Assembly: GCA_900316495.1 (NCBI GenBank)
Contig: ONDC01000020.1
Span: 1 to 53,200 of the forward strand
Source: an uncultured Eubacteriales bacterium
Lineage (GTDB): Bacteria; Bacillota; Clostridia; Oscillospirales; Acutalibacteraceae
Direction: 5' to 3'
Length of the DNA: 53,200 nucleotides
Under the pieces are notes generated by a model. The model had not been told where the DNA came from. It did no database searches and saw nothing but the letters and a program-made list of their open reading frames with translations. Within the stretch, counting starts at the first letter, position 1; each line of letters starts with the position of its first letter. Shown in pieces: positions 9,757 to 16,416 of this stretch. The translations under genes and the position numbers were made by a program.

Positions 9757-10257
9757 TTATTTTCTGAAGAAGTCGTTGAACGCCGCTTCCATCTTGTCGG
9801 AGTCGTCGGCGACCATAAGGATGGCGAGCGTGCCGCGTGTGAATACCTTGCTCTTTTCCAGCTTGGGAAGCTGGCTTTTGTCGTAGGCGGCGTAAAGCGT
9901 CTTGCGGGTTTCCAGATGCGTTTTGAGCGTGGCGGCGGCTTCGTTCAGATCGGATTTCTTTTTGACCTGAATCGCGACGATCTCGTCGGCGTTCCCTGTG
10001 CCGTCAGCGGCGTAGGAGATGAAGAACGCCTTGACCTTGCCGTAATCGATATTGGAGACATGCGCCAAAAGATCCTGCGGGTTGGGATCGCTGTTGCTGG
10101 CGTACTTCATGTTGTCCGGTTCGCTCGTGAATCCGACGAGAGCCTTATTGAGGTCGTACATGCTGATCTCCTCGGCGTCGTCACCGCAGGAAACAAAGAG
10201 TCCGCAGAGAAGGACTGCCGAGAGGATAGCCGCTGTCATTTTTCTGATTGCCTTCAT
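9757..10257 (-). CDS. Lipoprotein, DUF4358-like
   Basis: Lipobox LLCGLFVSCGD after a signal peptide. 166 aa. ADEIVAIQVKKKSDLNEAAATLKTHLETRK...LAILMVADD resembles the DUF4358 family, which I recall co-occurs with MBOAT/DHHW pairs in Clostridia. 18-nt gap to the MBOAT start. Confidence 0.65.
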   Translation of the reverse strand: MKAIRKMTAAILSAVLLCGLFVSCGDDAEEISMYDLNKALVGFTSEPDNMKYASNSDPNPQDLLAHVSNIDYGKVKAFFISYAADGTGNADEIVAIQVKKKSDLNEAAATLKTHLETRKTLYAAYDKSQLPKLEKSKVFTRGTLAILMVADDSDKMEAAFNDFFRK

Positions 10258-10301
10258 GATAAACCGCTCCTTTTTATTGCATTTGTCCGAGGCGATCCGG
10301 C

Positions 10302-11390
10302 TCAGTCGTTATTGTAGCCGAAGGTGTCGTAAAACTTGTACTTATTCAGTACATCGTTGATCATGTCGTCGATCTTGTTGCGCTTTTTCTCGCTCAATTC
10401 GGTTTCGGATATGTTGTTATAGGTGATATAGTAGCAAAGAACATATTCGCTTTTTTCGTTGACCGTCCATTTGGAGGTGACATAGAGCTTATCCGTGCCG
10501 GTTAAATAATTTTCGAGCTGATCGACGATATATTTTGCTTCCACCTCATCCTCGGACTTGATCTTCTCCTTGAAGGAAAAGCTGAAGGTGGGCTTTTTTT
10601 CCTTGAGGGCTTCCATGACAGCCTTCGGAATGGCGTAAGTGTTCTTGAGTTCCTTGCAGGACATCAGCGTATAGTTGTACTTCTGACCGACGGCCGCCTC
10701 AAAGAAGTTGGTGTTCCATTCGTGACCGGAATTGCGGCAGGCGGTGTCGTCCATATTGAAGCTGTAGTAGTTGCCGTTTTCGTTGTCCATGTAGCAGTCG
10801 GTGTGATACCAGCAGCCGTCGTCCAGCTTGACCAGATCCCACGAATGGGAGAGCGACGTGTTGTGTACCACCCGGCACTCGATGCCGAGCATCTGCATGA
10901 ACATTCTGAAGGTGGTGGCGTAGCCGACGCAGACGGCGCTGCGGTTTTTGAGCACGTCATGGGGATTGTCGTTGTCATTGCTCGTGTCGGAGATGACGGT
11001 GAGAATGCTGTCGGTCGCCTTCATCCCCTTGGTGAGGAATTGGTAGACGGCTTCCTCCTTCTCGAATTGCGTCATGTTATCCTTGATGATCTCCTTGATA
11101 ACATCCTTTGCCATGTCGAGGGTTTCCCTGTCGCGGTCGCTGAGCTGCGAGGTGTCGCCCGACTGATAGGCGTCGGAGATCTGGGTGGTGGACTTGATGA
11201 TATAGTTCTGGGCGATGATCACGTCGTCCTCCTGCTCGGGATCCTCAAACTGTCCCGTGTAAACCGCGATCATCTTGTTGACGTTCTGCTGATTGATCAG
11301 CATGACGACCGACATGACGGTTGTGCTGAGTGTGAATATCAGCAGCAGCACCGCCGCTGCCACAGCGAATTGTTTGGTGCGCTTGGACAT
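10302..11390 (-). CDS. Membrane-anchored transglutaminase-like cysteine protease-fold protein
   Basis: N-terminal TM helix (FAVAAAVLLLIFTLSTTVMSVVML). Core SAVCVGYATTFRMFMQMLGIECRVVHNTSLSHSWDLVKLDDGCWYHTDCYMD fits the Cys-His-Asp transglutaminase core. Confidence 0.7.
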   Translation of the reverse strand: MSKRTKQFAVAAAVLLLIFTLSTTVMSVVMLINQQNVNKMIAVYTGQFEDPEQEDDVIIAQNYIIKSTTQISDAYQSGDTSQLSDRDRETLDMAKDVIKEIIKDNMTQFEKEEAVYQFLTKGMKATDSILTVISDTSNDNDNPHDVLKNRSAVCVGYATTFRMFMQMLGIECRVVHNTSLSHSWDLVKLDDGCWYHTDCYMDNENGNYYSFNMDDTACRNSGHEWNTNFFEAAVGQKYNYTLMSCKELKNTYAIPKAVMEALKEKKPTFSFSFKEKIKSEDEVEAKYIVDQLENYLTGTDKLYVTSKWTVNEKSEYVLCYYITYNNISETELSEKKRNKIDDMINDVLNKYKFYDTFGYNND

Positions 11391-11468
11391 AATAATTACC
11401 TCTCTTAATGAATTCAGGATATGCCGAAGATCCTATGATATAACCATCACAATAGGATGTTCAAGTTA

Positions 11469-11497
11469 AGTATAGGCTTTCACGCCTTAATTGTCAA
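11469..11497 (-). promoter_or_regulatory. Sigma-70-type promoter for the minus-strand 4-gene operon
   Basis: Minus strand reads TTGACA (11497-11492), a 17-nt spacer, then TATACT (11474-11469), about 80 nt upstream of the 11390 start. Confidence 0.6.
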
Positions 11498-11561
11498 GCA
11501 AATAGAGAAACTGTTAATAATTGTAATTTTGCTGAAATGATTGGCGGTAAAATACTGTCAT

Positions 11562-11584
11562 TTTCTGTGATTTAGTCACAGAAA
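11562..11584. promoter_or_regulatory. Palindromic candidate operator upstream of the trxA promoter
   Basis: TTTCTGTGA-TTTAG-TCACAGAAA, with perfect 9-bp arms, ending 5 nt before the -35 hexamer. Confidence 0.4.
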
Positions 11585-11589
11585 GAAGC

Positions 11590-11618
11590 TTGATAATGTT
11601 GTATAATTGACGTATAAT
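11590..11618 (+). promoter_or_regulatory. Sigma-70-type promoter of trxA
   Basis: TTGATA (11590-11595), 17-nt spacer, TATAAT (11613-11618). Confidence 0.65.
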
Positions 11619-11671
11619 AAATGAGGCGGAACGAAGGCTCCGCTCATATCAAAAAAACGGAGGTAATCATC

Positions 11672-11983
11672 ATGAAAGAAATCACCATTACAAGCGAAAA
11701 TTTTGAAGCCGAGGTGCTGCAATCCGAAAAGCCGGTTCTGTTGGACTTCTGGGCAGAATGGTGCGGTCCCTGCAGGATGCTCGGACCGGTGCTGGCGGAC
11801 TTTGCGGAGAAGCACGACGATGTGAAGGTCGGAAAGGTCAATGTTGACGAGCAGCAGGCTTTGGCGATGAGCTTCGGAATCATGAGCATTCCGACGCTGA
11901 TTCTGTTCAGGGAGGGTAAGCCGGTCGCGCAGCGCGTCGGACTGCTGAGTGCGTCGGAGCTGGAGGCTTTTGCCGGTGTTTGA
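11672..11983 (+). CDS. trxA: Thioredoxin
   Basis: [36 protein letters not shown] with the WCGPC active site. 103 aa. GGAGG 8 nt upstream of the ATG at 11672. Confidence 0.93.
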   Translation: MKEITITSENFEAEVLQSEKPVLLDFWAEWCGPCRMLGPVLADFAEKHDDVKVGKVNVDEQQALAMSFGIMSIPTLILFREGKPVAQRVGLLSASELEAFAGV

Positions 11984-12014
11984 TCGATTGCACGGACGGC
12001 GCGGTGGCAAGCAT

Positions 12015-12090
12015 GCTTTGCTTTACTTTGCTTTACTTTGCTTTTGTTTAATTTTATTTTATTTACTTTACTTTACTTTACTTTACTTTG
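12015..12090. repeat. T-rich simple-sequence repeats: (GCTTTACTTT)x2.5 and (CTTTA)x5
   Basis: Read directly: GCTTTGCTTTACTTTGCTTTACTTTGCTTTTG at 12015-12046 and TTTACTTTACTTTACTTTACTTTACTTTG at 12062-12090. Confidence 0.85.
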
Positions 12091-12120
12091 TTGCATTTTT
12101 GCGGTTTTTTCGGGGGTTTT

Positions 12121-12180
12121 TACCGCAAAAAAACCGTTATTTACCGCAAAAAAACCGTTTTTTGCAGCAAAAACCTGTTC
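12121..12180. repeat. Three tandem ~21-bp repeats (TACCGCAAAAAAACCGTT consensus)
   Basis: Identical 18-mers at 12121-12138 and 12142-12159, plus a degenerate third copy (TGCAGCAAAAACCTGTTC) at 12163-12180. Confidence 0.8.
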
Positions 12181-12324
12181 AGTAGCTCTCCACGCGGACA
12201 TCCATCGCTTGTTCCGCAAGACCTTCGGGGGTCATCCGCCAATTTCCGGGAGTCCCCGCTATGTATGAAGCGAAAGACTGTCTGCGAGTCGGTTTCCTTA
12301 GTTTTGTCAAGAAAAAATAACAGA

Positions 12325-12371
12325 AAAAACACAGAATCTTCTTGTCCGGTGGTTAGCTTCTGTGTTTTTTT
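12325..12371. terminator. Bidirectional hairpin terminator, likely ending the GNAT transcript
   Basis: AAAAACACAGAA (12325-12336) pairs with TTCTGTGTTTTT (12358-12369). A- and T-runs are built into the arms. Confidence 0.55.
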
Positions 12372-12475
12372 ACTTGTGTAAGAACGCACAAACGTACACT
12401 ATTCGAGGTAAGAACACGCAAACGTAACGTCTTATCGTCTCGCTAAACTGGAATTTGTCACACAGGACGTTCCCT

Positions 12476-13354
12476 TCAGATACGCTTCTCCAACTCATAG
12501 GCCGTGTGCCCTCTGGGATAATTCTCAAGCTCGCCTCTTGGTGTAAACCCGTTTTGGAAGAAGAAAGCGGATACCCAGTCACAGCAATAAGACGTGATTA
12601 CGTAAGCGCCGTTTTCCTTCGCTTCACGCTCAATTTCACCCATGAGCCACGAACCGATGCCCTGTCTGCGATACCGTTCCTCCACCCAGATGCCATCGAT
12701 CGAGCATTCGTCCGTTTCGTTGACCCCGCTGATGACTGCGGCGACAAGGCCACCGTCCGCATCGACAAGCTTTTTACTGAGCGTGATATATTCGTGCTTA
12801 TCAGGAACGACCTTTTCGCAGAACTCTCCAAGTCCTTTGCTTATGATTTTGGCGTCTTCCACGGTGCCAGCCTTGACCTGATATTTCTCTGCAGCGGTGT
12901 TGTTTGTCGGAATGTAATCAGGTACGCCTTTGTCCAGGCGTTTCGATAGGGACCAGCTAACATGCCCCATAGGGATGTCCTTATTGATGGTAAACACACG
13001 GAATCCGTGTTTTTCGTAAAGGGGTCTTGCCATATAATCCGCAGTGCCGAGGCACAGGTAATAGCAGTTCTTCTCTCTGGCGGCGTTTTCGGCGGCGCGA
13101 ATCAGCATAGAGCCGAGGCCGTGATGGCGATACTGGCCGTCCACCCAAAGCTGGGCAAGCACCGCTCTGCCCCATGCATGAATGTTCACGACACATCCGC
13201 CGATGACATTTTTATCTTCATCCTCCACTTTGAAAACAAGCTGTTCTTCCTCTGTGAGAGGTTCCGATGGTGCCATGGAATCGGCGTATACATTGATCTT
13301 TTCTTCGATGAGGGCTTCCTCTTCCTCGGTTAAGGGTTTGATTTCGTATTTCAT
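12476..13354 (-). CDS. Tandem-GNAT N-acetyltransferase
   Basis: Two acetyl-CoA-binding cores: QLWVDGQYRHHGLGSMLIRAAE and GIWVEERYRRQGIGSWLMGEIE. Start placed at MKYEIKPL (13354) with AAGGA upstream. In-frame alternatives exist at 13366 and 13435. Confidence 0.8.
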   Translation of the reverse strand: MKYEIKPLTEEEEALIEEKINVYADSMAPSEPLTEEEQLVFKVEDEDKNVIGGCVVNIHAWGRAVLAQLWVDGQYRHHGLGSMLIRAAENAAREKNCYYLCLGTADYMARPLYEKHGFRVFTINKDIPMGHVSWSLSKRLDKGVPDYIPTNNTAAEKYQVKAGTVEDAKIISKGLGEFCEKVVPDKHEYITLSKKLVDADGGLVAAVISGVNETDECSIDGIWVEERYRRQGIGSWLMGEIEREAKENGAYVITSYCCDWVSAFFFQNGFTPRGELENYPRGHTAYELEKRI

Positions 13355-13682
13355 GTTCGTTTTCATCCTTACAAGCTCCGATTTATCGAGATGATTATAC
13401 CTGAAAAATATGAATTTTTCAACCATGCAGAGCAATAAAGCCCCCGCATAACCGCTGTTTCCAACGCTTTGCGGGGGAACGCCTTATCTGACGTATTCAG
13501 GTTCGAGTCTCTCCGCCTAAACACTTTTGTTCGTTCTTTGCAGAGCAAAGAAACATATAAAGTACACCAGCGTTTTCGGGCTGTTTCTGCCGCTGAAAGC
13601 AAAAAATCGGGCTCCGCAGCAGCCGATCGACCACTCCGAAGCCCGATTTCACTGTATTTGCCCTGATTTTTGCCCAAAATGC

Positions 13683-13722
13683 AAGAAAAAACCTCTTTTG
13701 CCTTGGTAGACAAAAGAGGTTT
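13683..13722 (-). terminator. Rho-independent terminator of the S24 repressor gene
   Basis: 12-bp perfect stem AAACCTCTTTTG (13689-13700) / CAAAAGAGGTTT (13711-13722). On the minus strand it is followed by TTTTTTCTT. Confidence 0.7.
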
Positions 13723-13746
13723 CTTTGATGGAGGAACAGGAAGGAT

Positions 13747-14445
13747 TCATCGCCTTTTCAGTTTGCAAAGCACCCTGCCGCAGCAGAGAATGCTGTCGCC
13801 CTGACTGTAGGACTTGGGGGGATAATCAGGGTTGAGGGAGATCAGCTCGCCGACGCCCTGCTTCTTGATGAAGCTCTCGCCGTTGAGTACAAAGATGCCG
13901 ACGTCGCCCTCGTCGACCCGCGCGTTTTTTTCCACCAGCACCAGATCGCCGTCCTTAAAGGCGGGGGTCATGGAGTTGCCGCTGACACGCACCACGTAAT
14001 CGCCTCTGCGGTTTTCCGGGGTGTCGGGAATCTCAATTTCCTCCTCCGGCGGCTCGTCAAGGGGATTGCCGAAGCCTGCCGACACGGAAACCGCGTAATA
14101 AGGACGGGTAATGAACTTCATCTCGGGGTTGCAGCGTTCATATTCGATGTCCAGAATGGAATCCATGACGGCCTTGCCGTGCTTGTCGAGACGGCGGTAC
14201 TTGTTGATATGTTCGATCTCGCTGAGAGAGAAGATCGAGGCGGCGGGAGCAAGTCCCATCGCGTCATCCACCGAAATCATCAGCGCGCGGCAGATGGCTT
14301 CAATGGTGGTGAGCTTGGGATTGGCGTTAATGCCGGCGGTAATCTTGCTGACCGTGCCCTTTGGAAGCCCGGAACGCTCCACCAGCTCATCGACCGTCAT
14401 TCCCAGTTCTTTCCTGCGTTTGTTGATGTATTCGTTGAATGTCAT
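13747..14445 (-). CDS. LexA/CI-like repressor: XRE-type HTH fused to an S24 peptidase domain
   Basis: N-terminal HTH (MTVDELVERSGLPKGTVSKITAG). C-terminal VSGNSMTPAFKDGDLVLVEK...GESFIKK carries the Ser/Lys dyad context of S24 autopeptidases. ATG at 14445; an in-frame GTG lies at 14454. Confidence 0.85.
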   Translation of the reverse strand: MTFNEYINKRRKELGMTVDELVERSGLPKGTVSKITAGINANPKLTTIEAICRALMISVDDAMGLAPAASIFSLSEIEHINKYRRLDKHGKAVMDSILDIEYERCNPEMKFITRPYYAVSVSAGFGNPLDEPPEEEIEIPDTPENRRGDYVVRVSGNSMTPAFKDGDLVLVEKNARVDEGDVGIFVLNGESFIKKQGVGELISLNPDYPPKSYSQGDSILCCGRVLCKLKRR

Positions 14446-14485
14446 ATGGATCACCCGTCAGATAGATTTTATATCTTCTGACTTT

Positions 14486-14514
14486 ATACTAACATATTAT
14501 AATCCATCTGTCAA
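14486..14514 (-). promoter_or_regulatory. Candidate promoter of the S24 repressor gene
   Basis: Minus strand reads TTGACA (14514-14509), 17 nt, TAGTAT (14491-14486). Confidence 0.5.
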
Positions 14515-14565
14515 GCGGCAATAATTCCCTTATTGGAATTAATTAAATTAATTATTCTAAAAACC

Positions 14566-14594
14566 TTGACAAGTGCGCCTTGGGGTATTATAAT
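14566..14594 (+). promoter_or_regulatory. Consensus sigma-70-type promoter, divergent from the repressor gene
   Basis: TTGACA (14566-14571), exactly 17 nt, TATAAT (14589-14594). Preceded by the AT palindromes AATTAATT-A-AATTAATT (14536-14556), which are plausible operators. Confidence 0.7.
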
Positions 14595-14818
14595 TAAGAT
14601 AAAGATTCCAGAAAAGGAACCTAACAGCTTCAAGGAGGAGCTGGTTTCCGTGCAAAAGGATACCGTTCCGGCGTTGCCCGGTCTCGCTTCTGCGATTTCG
14701 GCGCACGGGATGACAAGGAGGGAACTGCCCGTGCGCGCGCGGTTTTTCCGGAATGGCCGGTGAGCGTACTCCTGAAGCACAACAGACAGTCAGACACACC
14801 ATACAAGGAGGAACGATT

Positions 14819-15037
14819 ATGCCAAAGAAGAGGTACTGCCGCTATTGCGGATGCAAAATTACCAATGTGAGCGGCATCTGCAACGCGTGCGGGGAAAAGC
14901 TGATTCTGATCAGAAAAATCAGAAAAATTGTATTAGCTATCCAGCGCGATGCGATGAAAAAGAGGGGAATGACACAGGAAAATGGACAAACAGGACATTA
15001 TCCGGATGCTCAAACAGTACAGAGGATTGCATCTTGA
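14819..15037 (+). CDS. Small zinc-ribbon protein (CxxC...CxxC)
   Basis: AAGGAGG 7 nt upstream of the ATG at 14819. MPKKRYCRYCGCKITNVSGICNACGEKL, then a basic helix. 72 aa. Confidence 0.55.
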   Translation: MPKKRYCRYCGCKITNVSGICNACGEKLILIRKIRKIVLAIQRDAMKKRGMTQENGQTGHYPDAQTVQRIAS

Positions 15038-15452
15038 ATCATTAAGACTCCGTCAGAGAATTCTTGACAAGCGGGACAGCCTGTATGACGTTCAGGCCGT
15101 TGCCATTAACGGCGCAAATGTGAGATCCGGAGAAATTGCCGACCGGGTAGAGCGTGTGATCGAAATGCTGAACAGCGAGATAGATTATTACACCCGCAAA
15201 ATGGAGGAGGCGGAGACTGCCGAGCGCAGAATCGCGGAGCTGATCGGCGGGATTGGCGACAGCGAGGAACGCGGTGTTCTGTTTATGCATTACGTGGAGG
15301 GCATGACCTTTCTTGAAATAGGGGAAGGGATGCATTTGTCGGAGCGGAGCATTTGGTACCGTCACAAATGTGCGATTGACAGGCTGTGCGGCGCAAAAAT
15401 TCAAACCGCCCCGGAAACGGAAATGAATATCTCAGATATGAGACTCCCATAG
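14982..15452 (+). CDS. Sigma-70 region-4-like HTH protein (phage late-activator type, ArpU/DUF1492-like)
   Basis: C-terminus ERGVLFMHYVEGMTFLEIGEGMHLSERSIWYRHKCAIDRL matches the sigma region 4.2 HTH pattern. No region 2 is present. N-terminal coiled-coil. Overlaps the preceding ORF by 56 nt; the start codon is uncertain. Confidence 0.65.
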   Translation: MDKQDIIRMLKQYRGLHLESLRLRQRILDKRDSLYDVQAVAINGANVRSGEIADRVERVIEMLNSEIDYYTRKMEEAETAERRIAELIGGIGDSEERGVLFMHYVEGMTFLEIGEGMHLSERSIWYRHKCAIDRLCGAKIQTAPETEMNISDMRLP

Positions 15453-15502
15453 CGTCTTCCGGGGCAGAAATACCCTATTCTGTTTTTATTTCCGGCAGAA
15501 TA

Positions 15503-15838
15503 TTACAGCCTCCACCAGTTGAACAATGTCCCTGCAAGGAACGCTGCCGCAGACAGCAGCAGCAGTGTCACCAGAATGACGGACTTGACGTCGAGCACCC
15601 TGCGTCTTGGCTTGTGATAGAGCCGTGACGCGGAGATGTTGGACGCCGGCTCGTTCACGGCGGGCTTGGATTGACCGATTTCCCATCCGCAGCCGGGACA
15701 GAATCTGTCGTCCGGCGCGAGCCTTGTTCCGCAGTGCATGCAGAAATTCGGCTTTTTTCTTCCGGCGGTCGGCATGCCGCATACCGGGCAGAATTTATCG
15801 TCGGCGCCCATTGCTGCGCCGCAGTTATGACAGGTCAT
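15503..15838 (-). CDS. Double zinc-ribbon protein with a C-terminal TM anchor
   Basis: MTCHNCGAAMGADDKFCPVCG...FCMHCGTRLAPDDRFCPGCG, then VILVTLLLLSAAAFLAGTLF. GAGGTG RBS upstream of the ATG at 15838. Confidence 0.7.
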   Translation of the reverse strand: MTCHNCGAAMGADDKFCPVCGMPTAGRKKPNFCMHCGTRLAPDDRFCPGCGWEIGQSKPAVNEPASNISASRLYHKPRRRVLDVKSVILVTLLLLSAAAFLAGTLFNWWRL

Positions 15839-15955
15839 GGAATTCACCTCTGTGGGGGAAAATGTTGTTATGATGCTGCGCAGATAGTATATCACACTAT
15901 CATGATTTGTTCAAGCGGGATCCGGTGTTTTTTTACCCTTGCGGCGGTATTTTCG

Positions 15956-16222
15956 TCAGGAATCCGTCAGCTTGGGAGGCGTTTCCGTGAAGTGACGGGA
16001 GACCGGATATCGTTCCTTGCAGTCGGTCAGACCGAGGATGTAATCCACGCTGACATTATATATCAGCGACAGCTTTATTAGAACGGCGGTAGGCACGTCG
16101 TTCTCGCCCGTCTCGTATTTGGAATAGCCGGTCTGCGACATACTCAGCAGCCGCGCAACCTCCCTCTGCGGCAGGTCGCTGTCCTCCCGCAGGTCTTTGA
16201 TTCTCTGGTACATGTTTTTCAT
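15956..16222 (-). CDS. XRE-family HTH transcriptional regulator
   Basis: IKDLREDSDLPQREVARLLSMSQTGYSKYETGENDVPTAVLIKLSLIYNVSVDYILGLTD is a canonical Cro/CI-type HTH. Confidence 0.85.
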   Translation of the reverse strand: MKNMYQRIKDLREDSDLPQREVARLLSMSQTGYSKYETGENDVPTAVLIKLSLIYNVSVDYILGLTDCKERYPVSRHFTETPPKLTDS

Positions 16223-16261
16223 TCCTCCCTATAAAATTGTAAAAATTCTATGGGAGAAAGA

Positions 16262-16290
16262 TTGATATTTAACCTGAAACAGGTTGCAAT
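16262..16290 (+). promoter_or_regulatory. Candidate promoter with a palindromic operator in its spacer (toward the SGNH gene)
   Basis: TTGATA (16262-16267), 17 nt, TGCAAT (16285-16290). The spacer contains the perfect palindrome AACCTG-AAA-CAGGTT (16271-16285). Confidence 0.45.
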
Positions 16291-16416
16291 TTACTTGTTA
16301 ACCGAGGAAACGACAGCACTTTTCATTTTTTTGTGTCATTATTTCAGTAAAATCATTTTTGATCTGTTGCCATGGGGGACGGATCAGTACTTGAAACTGA
16401 ATAAGGAGGATGTTTT

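Noticed and set aside
12121-12180. Possible mini-CRISPR array, given regularly spaced ~18-bp repeats
   Set aside because: There are only three directly abutting copies with a 21-nt period and 3-nt linkers, so no spacers. The repeat is A-rich and non-palindromic, and there are no cas genes in the window.
12038-12389. Several 76-97-aa ORFs on both strands across the simple repeats and the downstream non-coding DNA
   Set aside because: Their translations are repeat-derived (FTAKKPLFTAKKPFFAAK, LLYFTLLYF). They have no RBS and mutually overlap. The region is better explained as non-coding repeats plus a terminator.
13495-13520. tRNA-like T-loop string GGTTCGAGTCTCTCCGCC, suggesting a tRNA gene or an att-site fragment
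   Set aside because: The 5 nt before the TTCGAGT loop cannot pair with the 5 nt after it. The putative acceptor 3' strand (CGCCTAA) has no complementary 5' strand within 90 nt. No D- or anticodon arm can be drawn. At most it is a chance match.
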